Virus record (IMG/VR): IMGVR_UViG_3300021387_000129
Direction: 5' to 3' (one strand)
Length of the DNA: 64,000 nt
Source of the DNA: an uncultured virus (IMG/VR IMGVR_UViG_3300021387_000129)
Taxonomy: Duplodnaviria > Heunggongvirae > Uroviricota > Caudoviricetes
A program made the translations under genes and the position numbers. Of the stretch, positions 48,124-55,435 are shown piece after piece. The notes beneath the pieces were generated by a model. That model was not told where the DNA came from and did no database searches. It was given only the letters and a program-made list of their open reading frames with translations. Position 1 is the first letter of the stretch. Each line of letters starts with the position of its first letter.

Positions 48124-48143
48124 TTTAATCCTCCTTTCAGGTC

Positions 48144-48185
48144 AGCGAAAGAAAAGGAGCCATGTGTTTCCACACAGCTCCAAAT
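48144..48185 (-). repeat. 42-bp exact repeat containing family A terminator
   Basis: Identical to 49178-49219. Confidence 0.85.
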
Positions 48186-48197
48186 AACCATCCAAAC

Positions 48198-48413
48198 TTA
48201 ATGAATAGTCACAATAGGTTTTTCCTGTTTCCGCTCCTTTCTCTTTTTAAAGTGGTCCACCATCCGATTCGCGCCATTGCTAATTCCTTCGTTAGCGCGA
48301 TCAATCACAGCTTCTAAATTCGCTTTGCTGCCTAATCTTCTAAAGACAGCAAATACGAATTTGCAAGCTACAATCGTCGCCATTACTCCGGCTAACCATA
48401 ACACAAATTCCAT
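48198..48413 (-). CDS. Cassette-borne membrane protein
   Basis: Promoter 48461-48485, terminator 48156-48181, N-terminal TM. Confidence 0.7.
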   Translation of the reverse strand: MEFVLWLAGVMATIVACKFVFAVFRRLGSKANLEAVIDRANEGISNGANRMVDHFKKRKERKQEKPIVTIH

Positions 48414-48460
48414 AAGTCATCCTCCTTAAAATATGAATTCAGGGATCGCATTCTCTCCCT

Positions 48461-48485
48461 ATATACAGCGTTGTTTCTACTGCGA
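48461..48485 (-). promoter_or_regulatory. Phage promoter motif
   Basis: TCGCA GTAG AAACA ACGCTG TATAT|AGGGA. Confidence 0.75.
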
Positions 48486-48641
48486 CCCTGCAAAGTTATC
48501 CGTTCCAATAAATTGAGTAGGCAAAGAAATAGAGGCCTGCGTTTCCGCATAAGCCTCTTTATATTCTTCTTCAGTGACAAACTTCATCCATCTTCCGTTC
48601 AGCCATCCCATTACGGAATAGTCAACATAATAATACTTCAT
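48477..48641 (-). CDS. Cassette-borne hypothetical protein
   Basis: Promoter 48655-48679 directly followed by AGGAGGT; MKYYYVDYSVMGWLNGRWMKFVTEEEY. Confidence 0.65.
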   Translation of the reverse strand: MKYYYVDYSVMGWLNGRWMKFVTEEEYKEAYAETQASISLPTQFIGTDNFAGSQ

Positions 48642-48654
48642 TTGATCACCTCCT

Positions 48655-48679
48655 ATCATGAGTGTTGTTTTTACTGCGA
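48655..48679 (-). promoter_or_regulatory. Phage promoter motif
   Basis: TCGCA GTAA AAACA ACACTC ATGAT|AGGAG. Confidence 0.75.
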
Positions 48680-49138
48680 CTTCTGCCCACCGAATATCGA
48701 CTTTTCAAGTGCAATATTTACAGGATGCCCATGTTCAACGACCAAAGGTTGCTGGTGGATAAACTTCTTTTTTAAAACGCGTCCATCAGTAGTCCTGATA
48801 GTTATTTCCGGGTACTCAATATGATCACCATCCGTATCTCCTTCGTCCGGTTCATCATCCTGTGGCGATTCCTCTTCTGCCAATTGCCGTTCTACTTTCC
48901 AATTGGATGCATATACCTCCAACCCCAACTGAAGAAGCTGGACAATCCTTTTGGTAATATTCTCGACATCCTCAATGTCATAGAATGGGAGTGTCATCAC
49001 CTCAAATGTCGGATACTTGTCCCCAACATTCCATGCCGTCTTAAGAATATACTTCCTGAATTTTGCATACTCTCCAGCATTCTGAAACCGTACCTTAATC
49101 GTCACCTGTCCAGTAAACTTCTCAACATAATCGCTCAT
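48671..49138 (-). CDS. Hypothetical protein
   Basis: Start moved to MSDYV (GAAAGGAG RBS). Confidence 0.7.
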   Translation of the reverse strand: MSDYVEKFTGQVTIKVRFQNAGEYAKFRKYILKTAWNVGDKYPTFEVMTLPFYDIEDVENITKRIVQLLQLGLEVYASNWKVERQLAEEESPQDDEPDEGDTDGDHIEYPEITIRTTDGRVLKKKFIHQQPLVVEHGHPVNIALEKSIFGGQKSQ

Positions 49139-49177
49139 ATGCAATCTCCTTTCTAAATTAGACATGACTAATTCGAT

Positions 49178-49219
49178 AGCGAAAGAAAAGGAGCCATGTG
49201 TTTCCACACAGCTCCAAAT
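49178..49219 (-). repeat. 42-bp exact repeat containing family A terminator
   Basis: Identical to 48144-48185. Confidence 0.85.
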
Positions 49220-49221
49220 TC

Positions 49222-49527
49222 TTAAATGTTCGTTTCTTTGTTCTTAATGGATTCTTCAACCCATTTATCCGCATTTCTAAACAGTTGATCTGCTTTTTCC
49301 TTATTGCTCATATTACCTTTCAACAAATTGTCCATCATTTCCACAAAATGCTTTGTCATCACCTCCGTAGTTTTTGCCAGCACTTGACATGCTTTGGCCG
49401 TCCTTCTCGACTGATATTCCTCCAGTTCTCTAAGAACCAGATGAAACATCATCGGGACAACAGCACCAACCACAATGCCAGTCACCACAATCACCAGAAT
49501 TGTTCCAAAAACACCGTTCATAGACAT
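49222..49527 (-). CDS. Cassette-borne membrane protein
   Basis: Promoter 49564-49588, terminator 49190-49215; N-terminal TM. Confidence 0.7.
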   Translation of the reverse strand: MSMNGVFGTILVIVVTGIVVGAVVPMMFHLVLRELEEYQSRRTAKACQVLAKTTEVMTKHFVEMMDNLLKGNMSNKEKADQLFRNADKWVEESIKNKETNI

Positions 49528-49563
49528 ACCTCCTAATAATATAAGGTAGACATCTCTGTCTCC

Positions 49564-49588
49564 ATTATCAGCGTTGTTTCTACTGCGA
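49564..49588 (-). promoter_or_regulatory. Phage promoter motif
   Basis: TCGCA GTAG AAACA ACGCTG ATAAT|GGAGA. Confidence 0.75.
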
Positions 49589-49597
49589 GTTTTTGCG

Positions 49598-49758
49598 AAA
49601 AAAGAAAGGACTTGTGGGCTTCGAACCCACGTCTCCACATACATGGTGTTCTACCATTAAACTATTCTATCGGCTAGTAAAACCGAGACAGAATTTCTTC
49701 CGCTTTTACGCCTTTCAACGCTCGGCCCTCCGACGGGTTTATACTCCCAATCCTTCCT
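49598..49758 (-). ncRNA. Promoter-driven ~160-nt structured RNA with tRNA-like D and T arms
   Basis: Starts at predicted +1 of promoter 49759-49783; 5' AGGAAGGATT pairs with 3' AGTCCTTTCT before a T-tract; contains TAGTTTAATGGTAGAAC and GTGGG-TTCGAAG-CCCAC. Confidence 0.65.
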
Positions 49759-49783
49759 ATTTATAGGGATGTTTAAGTTGCGA
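49759..49783 (-). promoter_or_regulatory. Phage promoter motif
   Basis: TCGCA ACTT AAACA TCCCTA TAAAT|AGGAA. Confidence 0.72.
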
Positions 49784-49805
49784 ATATAATAGGAAGAAAA
49801 AGGAA

Positions 49806-49822
49806 AGGGTTTGTTCAACCCT
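49806..49822 (-). terminator. Repeated cassette terminator, family D
   Basis: AGGGT-TGAACAA-ACCCT; variants at about 50305-50323 and 51380-51396. Confidence 0.7.
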
Positions 49823-50228
49823 CGCCTTCGGAATTTTCATAATTCTCCATCATGTCGCAAGTCAAGTCAAATGTCCATTGTACTCTATCCCAGCATTTTG
49901 TATGATCATAACCGTCTTCCTCCTGAATCGTGATCTTAATATACTCAGATCCACAGGTCCATTCGTTATCGCCACTTACATACATCGGCATATAGATACT
50001 AACATCACATCTATACAACATTTCTTCAAAACTCGCGAAACTAGATTTCGGAAATTCATGTTCTTTAACAAATTCCTTTAAATCAATCTTTTCACTTGTC
50101 TGAAAGTAAATAACATCATTGAAATTTTCTTTCAGGTCCCATTCATGATAGTCGTAATTTACATACGAGCATGCGCTCGCACACATAACTACAAATACCA
50201 ACATAATCACCAGAATAAACTTTTTCAT
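49815..50228 (-). CDS. Cassette-borne secreted / lipoprotein-like protein
   Basis: MKKFILVIMLVFVVMCASAC signal; acidic ectodomain; own promoter and terminator. Confidence 0.7.
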   Translation of the reverse strand: MKKFILVIMLVFVVMCASACSYVNYDYHEWDLKENFNDVIYFQTSEKIDLKEFVKEHEFPKSSFASFEEMLYRCDVSIYMPMYVSGDNEWTCGSEYIKITIQEEDGYDHTKCWDRVQWTFDLTCDMMENYENSEGEG

Positions 50229-50267
50229 TTCCGTTTCTCCTTTCGTTTTAGGGATTCTATCCCTTCT

Positions 50268-50292
50268 ATTATAGGGTATGTACATTTTGCGG
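50268..50292 (-). promoter_or_regulatory. Phage promoter motif
   Basis: CCGCA AAAT GTACA TACCCT ATAAT|AGAAG. Confidence 0.7.
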
Positions 50293-50321
50293 AAAGAAAA
50301 AAGAAAGGGCTTGTTCAGCCC

Positions 50322-50534
50322 TTAGTAGTTCCTGATCAACTTCCGAATATAGCCGTTGATCAGATTCCATCCGACCATCAAACCTACCTGCGCAATGCAG
50401 AGGTCCCAACTCCGGATCGTTGCATATGTGTCAAATAACACAATACCCAACTGCACCAGAGTGATGCCTCCAAACACCACATTGATAACAATCTGAATTG
50501 TCGAAAAAATCCTCTCAAAAACCTTCTTTGCCAT
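50322..50534 (-). CDS. Cassette-borne membrane protein
   Basis: Start moved to MAKKV; two hydrophobic helices. Confidence 0.7.
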   Translation of the reverse strand: MAKKVFERIFSTIQIVINVVFGGITLVQLGIVLFDTYATIRSWDLCIAQVGLMVGWNLINGYIRKLIRNY

Positions 50535-50574
50535 CTTGAAACTCTCCTTTCTTTTGCGGGATTCTTTCCCGTCT

Positions 50575-50599
50575 ACTATAGGGTATGTACATTTTGCGA
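50575..50599 (-). promoter_or_regulatory. Phage promoter motif
   Basis: TCGCA AAAT GTACA TACCCT ATAGT|AGACG. Confidence 0.72.
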
Positions 50600-50607
50600 A
50601 AATAAAA

Positions 50608-50629
50608 GGGCCATGCATAAGCACAGCCC
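50608..50629 (-). terminator. Repeated cassette terminator, family B
   Basis: GGGCTGTGC-TTAT-GCATGGCCC; identical at 52377-52398, variant at 54793-54814. Confidence 0.8.
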
Positions 50630-50636
50630 ATAAGTC

Positions 50637-50984
50637 TTATTCCAGCAAATTCATGCTTGCCAGAATATTGGATAACTTTTCACCTTGTTGTTTTCTTTGA
50701 TTGATTAACACGTAGTCATTGTTTCCCAATGGTCGCTTAAGTTTTAGATACATCCCAAGACTCCTGTCATACACATATCGATCTTTGTTAAATTGCTCTT
50801 GTTCAACTTGCTTCAGCTTCTGTCTGCCTCTGTTCCATTTAACAGCAACACCAGCCAGAGAAGTGAACACAGTTCCTCCAACAATCAACTCATCCTTGTG
50901 TACCCTACACCAGTCTCCGAGTTTCCTCATCTTTTCATGAAACTTGCTTTCGACCTTCACCTTGTCCAAATCAATCTCAGGCAT
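50637..50984 (-). CDS. Cassette-borne hypothetical protein
   Basis: Promoter 51003-51027, terminator 50608-50629. Confidence 0.75.
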   Translation of the reverse strand: MPEIDLDKVKVESKFHEKMRKLGDWCRVHKDELIVGGTVFTSLAGVAVKWNRGRQKLKQVEQEQFNKDRYVYDRSLGMYLKLKRPLGNNDYVLINQRKQQGEKLSNILASMNLLE

Positions 50985-51002
50985 ATAAAAGCCTCCTTTC
51001 TC

Positions 51003-51027
51003 ATCATTAGCTATGTTTCAACTGCGA
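51003..51027 (-). promoter_or_regulatory. Phage promoter motif
   Basis: TCGCA GTTG AAACA TAGCTA ATGAT|GAGAA. Confidence 0.72.
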
Positions 51028-51036
51028 CCTTATCCA

Positions 51037-51342
51037 TCAAGAATTCCCTCGTTGTATGGGCAAGTCACCTTCAAATTTCTCGATCAGTTTGCATACTTCC
51101 GTGGAAGGCACATGCACGATCTCCTGGAACATAGGAGTATCGAAAAAATCAATGCATTCTTCTATTACATCTTCAGGCGACCTGTGCGGTACATTATGAT
51201 GTCCTTCTTTGGCTGTTTTGTAATCGCGCACTGCACGCAGGCATACAGCTGAACACAACCCTCGAATATAAAAGTCATCCGTTGCATTCAGGTCGATGTT
51301 GGATTTGTATCGCTTTTGTTTCCTTCGTCTACGAGTTGCCAT
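51037..51342 (-). CDS. Hypothetical protein
   Basis: LCSAVCLRAVRDY...ECIDFF; GAAAGGA RBS. Confidence 0.7.
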   Translation of the reverse strand: MATRRRRKQKRYKSNIDLNATDDFYIRGLCSAVCLRAVRDYKTAKEGHHNVPHRSPEDVIEECIDFFDTPMFQEIVHVPSTEVCKLIEKFEGDLPIQRGNS

Positions 51343-51384
51343 GAAATCAGTCCTTTCATCATGAGTAAAGAAAAAAGGAGAGGC

Positions 51385-51612
51385 TTATTCAGCCTCCTTC
51401 TCCTTTGCAAAAGCCAACGCTATTTTCCGTCTCACGCGGGTTTGTTTGTTGTCCCGAATCCTTTCAAGAGCTCGTATTTCTCGTTGACGCTCATCAATTT
51501 TCGCGTCGTATTCTGCTTTAATAGCAGCTAACTCTTCGCTTGCTTCAAACCGTTTACGAAGCTCTTTCTGTTCTTCTTCATCAAAAACATACCTTAGTCG
51601 CGTTTTAATCAT
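51385..51612 (-). CDS. Cassette-borne coiled-coil protein
   Basis: Promoter 51628-51652; stop codon inside the terminator loop. Confidence 0.7.
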   Translation of the reverse strand: MIKTRLRYVFDEEEQKELRKRFEASEELAAIKAEYDAKIDERQREIRALERIRDNKQTRVRRKIALAFAKEKEAE

Positions 51613-51627
51613 AATGCATCACCTCCT

Positions 51628-51652
51628 ACTGTAGGCAATGTTTATTATGCGA
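51628..51652 (-). promoter_or_regulatory. Phage promoter motif
   Basis: TCGCA TAAT AAACA TTGCCT ACAGT|AGGAG. Confidence 0.72.
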
Positions 51653-51660
51653 AAAAATTA

Positions 51661-51684
51661 AGGGCCCGTGTTTCCACGAACCCT
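51661..51684 (-). terminator. Repeated cassette terminator, family C
   Basis: AGGGTTCGTG-GAAA-CACGGGCCCT; variants at 52128-52152 and 52837-52858. Confidence 0.8.
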
Positions 51685-51692
51685 TTAAGTTC

Positions 51693-52076
51693 TCACTTCT
51701 TCTCGTCTTTGATTATGAGATTCCCAATATACTTGGGTTTCTCAGTTCTCGTCGGTTCTGTTGCTTTGTCATAGTGCAACTGCCCTATTTTGGGCTTTTC
51801 AGCATAATTAAGCGATTTCGTCGTGACAATATTGCCCCGATCTTCATGCTTAAGTACGCTCCACACCGTCGCAAAGGAACTGACACTTGAAATCGCAGTC
51901 TGCAAGAAGCCCAGACCCAACTGAGTGCGCCAGCCCTTATCGTTCTGTTCACTCTTGGTCAGCTTCTCCAGCTGCGTGTTCAACTTGTCATATTCCTCGC
52001 TAGTAGGATCTACTTCAGCCATCCGATCCAACAACCGTTGTCTCGCTTTTTTGATACTGTTTTTGTCGTTGCTCAT
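51693..52076 (-). CDS. Cassette-borne hypothetical protein
   Basis: Promoter 52095-52119, terminator 51661-51684. Confidence 0.75.
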   Translation of the reverse strand: MSNDKNSIKKARQRLLDRMAEVDPTSEEYDKLNTQLEKLTKSEQNDKGWRTQLGLGFLQTAISSVSSFATVWSVLKHEDRGNIVTTKSLNYAEKPKIGQLHYDKATEPTRTEKPKYIGNLIIKDEKK

Positions 52077-52094
52077 TTATGCAACACCTCCTTC

Positions 52095-52119
52095 ATCTTA
52101 ATCGATGTTTTGATTGCGA
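52095..52119 (-). promoter_or_regulatory. Phage promoter motif
   Basis: TCGCA ATCA AAACA TCGATT AAGAT|GAAGG. Confidence 0.72.
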
Positions 52120-52158
52120 AAGAAATTGAGGGCCGTGTTTCCACGAACCCTCGTCTGT

Positions 52159-52311
52159 TCACTCAAACATATCATGATAACTCAGCGTACCATCTATCAG
52201 CTCCTTTCTGATGTCCTCAATCTCGGAAATAACACCTGCGACCGTTACTACTATAGTAGGTCGTTCAGGTTCCTTCACCTCAACCTTGACATCGTCACCA
52301 GAGTTTTCCAT
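52159..52311 (-). CDS. Cassette-borne 50-aa protein (not in ORF track)
   Basis: MENSGDDVKVEVKEPERPTIVV...; GAGGAGGT RBS, promoter 52339-52363, terminator 52128-52152. Confidence 0.65.
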   Translation of the reverse strand: MENSGDDVKVEVKEPERPTIVVTVAGVISEIEDIRKELIDGTLSYHDMFE

Positions 52312-52338
52312 ACAGGGTCACCTCCTCATAATACGTCT

Positions 52339-52363
52339 ATTATGAGAGATGTTTCTATTGCGA
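52339..52363 (-). promoter_or_regulatory. Phage promoter motif
   Basis: TCGCA ATAG AAACA TCTCTC ATAAT|AGACG. Confidence 0.75.
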
Positions 52364-52404
52364 AAGAAAAAAGTAAGGGCCATGCATAAGCACAGCCCAA
52401 TAAG

Positions 52405-52734
52405 TTACTTGTCCTGTTCTGTGAATACAAACAACACCATCGCTAATAAAGCGATAACGTATTCTTTATCTTTTAGTCCATACTCTCCAGTTTCATCATA
52501 CCGAAAACTCGATAATTCGATTGAGTGATCTCCACTGACCAAGCACAACGTATACGCTGGCAACTCCAGTTCTTCATTCCACCGTTTGCCAACATAATAC
52601 CTCATGTCTTCGTAAATTTTACACGAAATCGATTCATCTTCCGTTTTTGGTTGAAGTTCTGCCTCATCCAAAGCTTGAATACATTCTCTGATGTCTTTCA
52701 TGTATTCATCCAAAATGTCATCGTTCTTTTCCAT
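52405..52734 (-). CDS. Cassette-borne acidic protein
   Basis: Promoter 52772-52796, terminator 52377-52398. Confidence 0.7.
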   Translation of the reverse strand: MEKNDDILDEYMKDIRECIQALDEAELQPKTEDESISCKIYEDMRYYVGKRWNEELELPAYTLCLVSGDHSIELSSFRYDETGEYGLKDKEYVIALLAMVLFVFTEQDK

Positions 52735-52771
52735 ACAAAACACTCCTTATTTTTTTGTAACCTTTCGGTTC

Positions 52772-52796
52772 ATTATAAGGATTGTTCCTACTGCGA
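52772..52796 (-). promoter_or_regulatory. Phage promoter motif
   Basis: TCGCA GTAG GAACA ATCCTT ATAAT|GAACC. Confidence 0.72.
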
Positions 52797-52865
52797 GCTC
52801 CGCACCCCTTCACTACGTTTAGCGGGAAAAAAGAAAGGCCCCGTGTTTCCACGAAGCCCCTTTGA

Positions 52866-53090
52866 TCACTTCTTTCGTTTTATGACCATCGAATAGAGAC
52901 CCATCTTGCTCAATTCAACACACCTCCTCAATGCTCCTTTTAACGTTCTCTTCTGAGGCAGCAGAATATCGACCGGATAGCACTCAGCCTCCGGATTCAC
53001 ATCCGGTAAACCTTCCTCCCGGGCGACAATCATCGCCTCTTTTTCATTTTCAACCAACACTGAATTCTGGTATTTCTTGAATAGATGCAT
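52866..53090 (-). CDS. Cassette-borne hypothetical protein
   Basis: Start moved to MHLFKK; promoter 53107-53131, terminator 52837-52858. Confidence 0.7.
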   Translation of the reverse strand: MHLFKKYQNSVLVENEKEAMIVAREEGLPDVNPEAECYPVDILLPQKRTLKGALRRCVELSKMGLYSMVIKRKK

Positions 53091-53106
53091 CAGCATCCCT
53101 CCTTTC

Positions 53107-53131
53107 ATTAAAAGGGATGTTTCTACTGCGA
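53107..53131 (-). promoter_or_regulatory. Phage promoter motif
   Basis: TCGCA GTAG AAACA TCCCTT TTAAT|GAAAG. Confidence 0.75.
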
Positions 53132-53220
53132 AAAAAATAGGCAAAAATTTTGGTGTATGTACAGATCGCGGTCTCTTCCTGGCTGTTCCATGGATAAGGC
53201 CTTGCGCGGTAATGTTTCTG

Positions 53221-53268
53221 TCCTTGGTAAGGATGAGGTCGCCGGTTCGAATCCGGCCATCAGCTCCA
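53221..53268 (+). other. attP: attP core: 3' part of tRNA-Thr(GGT)
   Basis: TC-CTTGGTAA-GGATG AGGTC GCCGG-TTCGAAT-CCGGC CATCAGC TCCA gives anticodon loop, T arm, acceptor 3' strand and CCA, with no 5' half; 45 bp from the integrase stop. Confidence 0.85.
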
Positions 53269-53270
53269 CG

Positions 53271-53308
53271 ACCTGAAGCACGTTGTATCAATGGGCTTCG
53301 GGTTTTTT
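53271..53308 (+). terminator. Terminator following the tRNA fragment
   Basis: CCTGAAGC...GCTTCGGG followed by TTTTTT. Confidence 0.65.
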
Positions 53309-53312
53309 GTTA

Positions 53313-54446
53313 TTATCCTGTAGACTCCTCGGAAGATCTCATACTTTGAGAATTGTCCAGTGTTTTGTCCGGTTGAGGGTCATTCATGACGAGTCTGACG
53401 CTCTCAAATAATTCGGTTCTGTACTTCACATAGCGTTTCTCTGTTATGTCGCTCTTGGAATGACCAAGCATGCGTGAAATAACGTCCACAGGAATGCCTG
53501 ATTCACGCCATTCAGTAGCACACGTATCACGAAAATCATGTGCTGTGTATTGCTGCAAGTCAAATTGGCACCTGATCCGGTTAAATTCCCGCTTAGCCTC
53601 TGAATAAGATAGCGGAGTTTCCCGTTTACCCTCATCCAGATAGCTGCTGAGAATAAAACCAGTAGCATACTTCGGCTTTAATGTCTCCCATACGACTTTT
53701 GGCAAGGGAATTTCCCTGTCGCTCGTCTTGGATTTTGGTGGTTTGATCTCTGGCTGATTCCTCGTTGGATGAACAACAGCCCTTTGAATATGCACCCAGC
53801 CCGTCTGAGGATCAATATCTTCCCATTTAAGACCGAGCACTTCTTCAAATCGCAGACCCAAATAACACAGGAGTACAGCCATATTCCGAGTACGACTTAC
53901 AGGCATTTGCGAGATTTGAGCTCTTACTTCTGCCATCTTTTCACGAGGTATAGCCTGATGATGCGTCGTAGCTGCCCCTCCAATTACCAGTTTCTCCGAC
54001 TTCATTGGATTTCGGGAAATATGTCCATCTTCTACAGCTGAATTCAGCGCAGGAGACATGTTATTCTTGATTTTAAGCAGCGTCTCATGGGAATATCCGT
54101 CCTTCTCCAGCTGGTTAAACCACTCCTGCAATCCTGTAGTGGTGATCTGGTCTACAGGAATGCTACCCCACTTGGGAAGAATATGCTTGCTTACGATGTA
54201 CGCTCTTGAACTCTTGGTTAATGACTGCTGTTTAGACTTGTAAACCTTGTTGAACTCCTGTAGATAGCTTCCAAATAAAGGTTCTTTTGGCTTTGGCTTC
54301 TCTATATGGCTGATGATGCCAGGCATGACGGTGCCCTCCTGGAGACACAGTTGCAAATATCCTTCAAGCAGCTCCTTGAGGGTTTTGCCTGTCACCCAGC
54401 ACTCTTTACCACCAATATTCATCTGCTGCTTATAGCGCTTAGGCAT
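53313..54446 (-). CDS. int: Tyrosine integrase
   Basis: Catalytic R (LGLRFEE), K (PKSK), HxxR (HDFR), H (LGH), Y (KRYV); SAM-like core-binding region; start moved to MPKRY (GAAGGAG RBS). Confidence 0.93.
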   Translation of the reverse strand: MPKRYKQQMNIGGKECWVTGKTLKELLEGYLQLCLQEGTVMPGIISHIEKPKPKEPLFGSYLQEFNKVYKSKQQSLTKSSRAYIVSKHILPKWGSIPVDQITTTGLQEWFNQLEKDGYSHETLLKIKNNMSPALNSAVEDGHISRNPMKSEKLVIGGAATTHHQAIPREKMAEVRAQISQMPVSRTRNMAVLLCYLGLRFEEVLGLKWEDIDPQTGWVHIQRAVVHPTRNQPEIKPPKSKTSDREIPLPKVVWETLKPKYATGFILSSYLDEGKRETPLSYSEAKREFNRIRCQFDLQQYTAHDFRDTCATEWRESGIPVDVISRMLGHSKSDITEKRYVKYRTELFESVRLVMNDPQPDKTLDNSQSMRSSEESTG

Positions 54447-54560
54447 GGTTTCTCCTTCTGCGCAAAGCCCTATTCCGTTTACAAGGTTCAGCAATATACC
54501 AAGGACCTGACTTTGAGTATAAAGAACCTCAGACATGAAGTCAACTCCTGTAATTCATGA

Positions 54561-54589
54561 AAATAGCCGGAACCCCACCAAACCGGCTG
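54561..54589 (-). terminator. Terminator between the ncRNA region and int
   Basis: AGCCGG...CCGGCT followed by ATTTT. Confidence 0.55.
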
Positions 54590-54692
54590 ATCCCGCCGAA
54601 CTCATCTCCAACCTGCACGTCGACAAAGGCTCTCATCCCGGCTGCGAGACAAAAAGTTATCGGGTTGGATAAGAGAAAGGACTACTCCGAAA

Positions 54693-54782
54693 TGCTGATG
54701 CCGGGGATCGAACCCAGACTGTTCCATGCCAGTAAAGAAGAAAGGAGATCGTGAAAAACTTCGCTGGCATTAACACATCAGC
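54693..54782 (-). ncRNA. tRNA-like RNA with acceptor stem and T arm but no D arm
   Basis: GCTGATG/CATCAGC 7-bp stem, CTGGG-TTCGATC-CCCGG, internal ATGCCAG/CTGGCAT stem. Confidence 0.55.
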
Positions 54783-54842
54783 AAAAATAAAAGAGCCATG
54801 CGTATGCACAGCTCTATGAGAATGATTAACCAAGAACCTTCT

Positions 54843-54995
54843 TCATTTATGTTCACACTCCTTTTTTCCATCCATAACAGTATTGATCGCATTCATGATT
54901 GCGGTCTGCAATGTATCTGCCTCGATAAGGTCTGCGTACTTCACGATAAGGTAAAATTCTTCTCCAGAAAACTCAATGCAGATTTTCTCGTTCAT
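54843..54995 (-). CDS. Cassette-borne 50-aa protein (possible RHH-like)
   Basis: Degenerate promoter 55005-55029, GGAGG RBS, terminator 54793-54814. Confidence 0.6.
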   Translation of the reverse strand: MNEKICIEFSGEEFYLIVKYADLIEADTLQTAIMNAINTVMDGKKECEHK

Positions 54996-55004
54996 GATGC
55001 CTCC

Positions 55005-55029
55005 ATAATACATGGTAATTTTGATGCGG
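55005..55029 (-). promoter_or_regulatory. Degenerate phage promoter motif
   Basis: CCGCA TCAA AATTA CCATGT ATTAT|GGAGG; lacks the ACA block. Confidence 0.45.
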
Positions 55030-55228
55030 GTGAGGATTTGCACCTCACATAGCTGTTCATCTCAGAGCCATGCTTTACGATCTCCGCAATAAGATCATCA
55101 TAGCACACAGCCTTGCCATAAGCGTCTACTGATGCAACCGGACTCCGCAGACTTAATTGCGCCATCTGTTTCTGTCTGTACGCACCTGGGCTTCTCTCTT
55201 TCTAGCCACATCTATTCCGCCACCGCAT
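55024..55228 (-). ncRNA. Expanded tRNA-Leu-like RNA (~205 nt)
   Basis: ATGCGG/CCGCAT ends; TGGCGGAATAG...GTAGACGC D arm split by 82 nt; GTGAGG-TGCAAAT-CCTCAC T arm. Confidence 0.55.
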
Positions 55229-55229
55229 T

Positions 55230-55243
55230 TAAGGCGTTATTTA
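55230..55243. repeat. TAA-N8-TTA boundary site
   Basis: TAA GGCGTTAT TTA. Confidence 0.55.
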
Positions 55244-55435
55244 AAAAATGGCTTCCGTACAGCACGGACTCAAACCGTGTGCTTCGCCGCTGTTAACGTC
55301 CACGGAAGACGGTCATGAGGCAGGCACCCGCCCCTGTACGGATTCACACTTCCTTTCTGAGTGTTAGCCATAAACGTGTTATTTTGTATAGCTTGAAACA
55401 AAAATCCGGTCAATCATCCTATCCACTGTCTTTCT

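Noticed and set aside
43680..53140. CRISPR array suggested by repeated GTTTCCAC hairpins
   Set aside because: Spacing is irregular (hundreds of bp) and the intervals are ORFs with RBSs; the repeats have terminator T-tracts.
53195..53268. Complete tRNA-Thr gene
   Set aside because: No 5' acceptor strand or D arm upstream of 53221; the fragment beside int is better explained as attP.
53313..54446. Integron integrase driving the neighbouring cassette array
   Set aside because: No IntI-specific insertion recognised, a tRNA attP lies beside it, and the cassette hairpins lack attC R boxes and rely on G-U pairs that fit RNA terminators.
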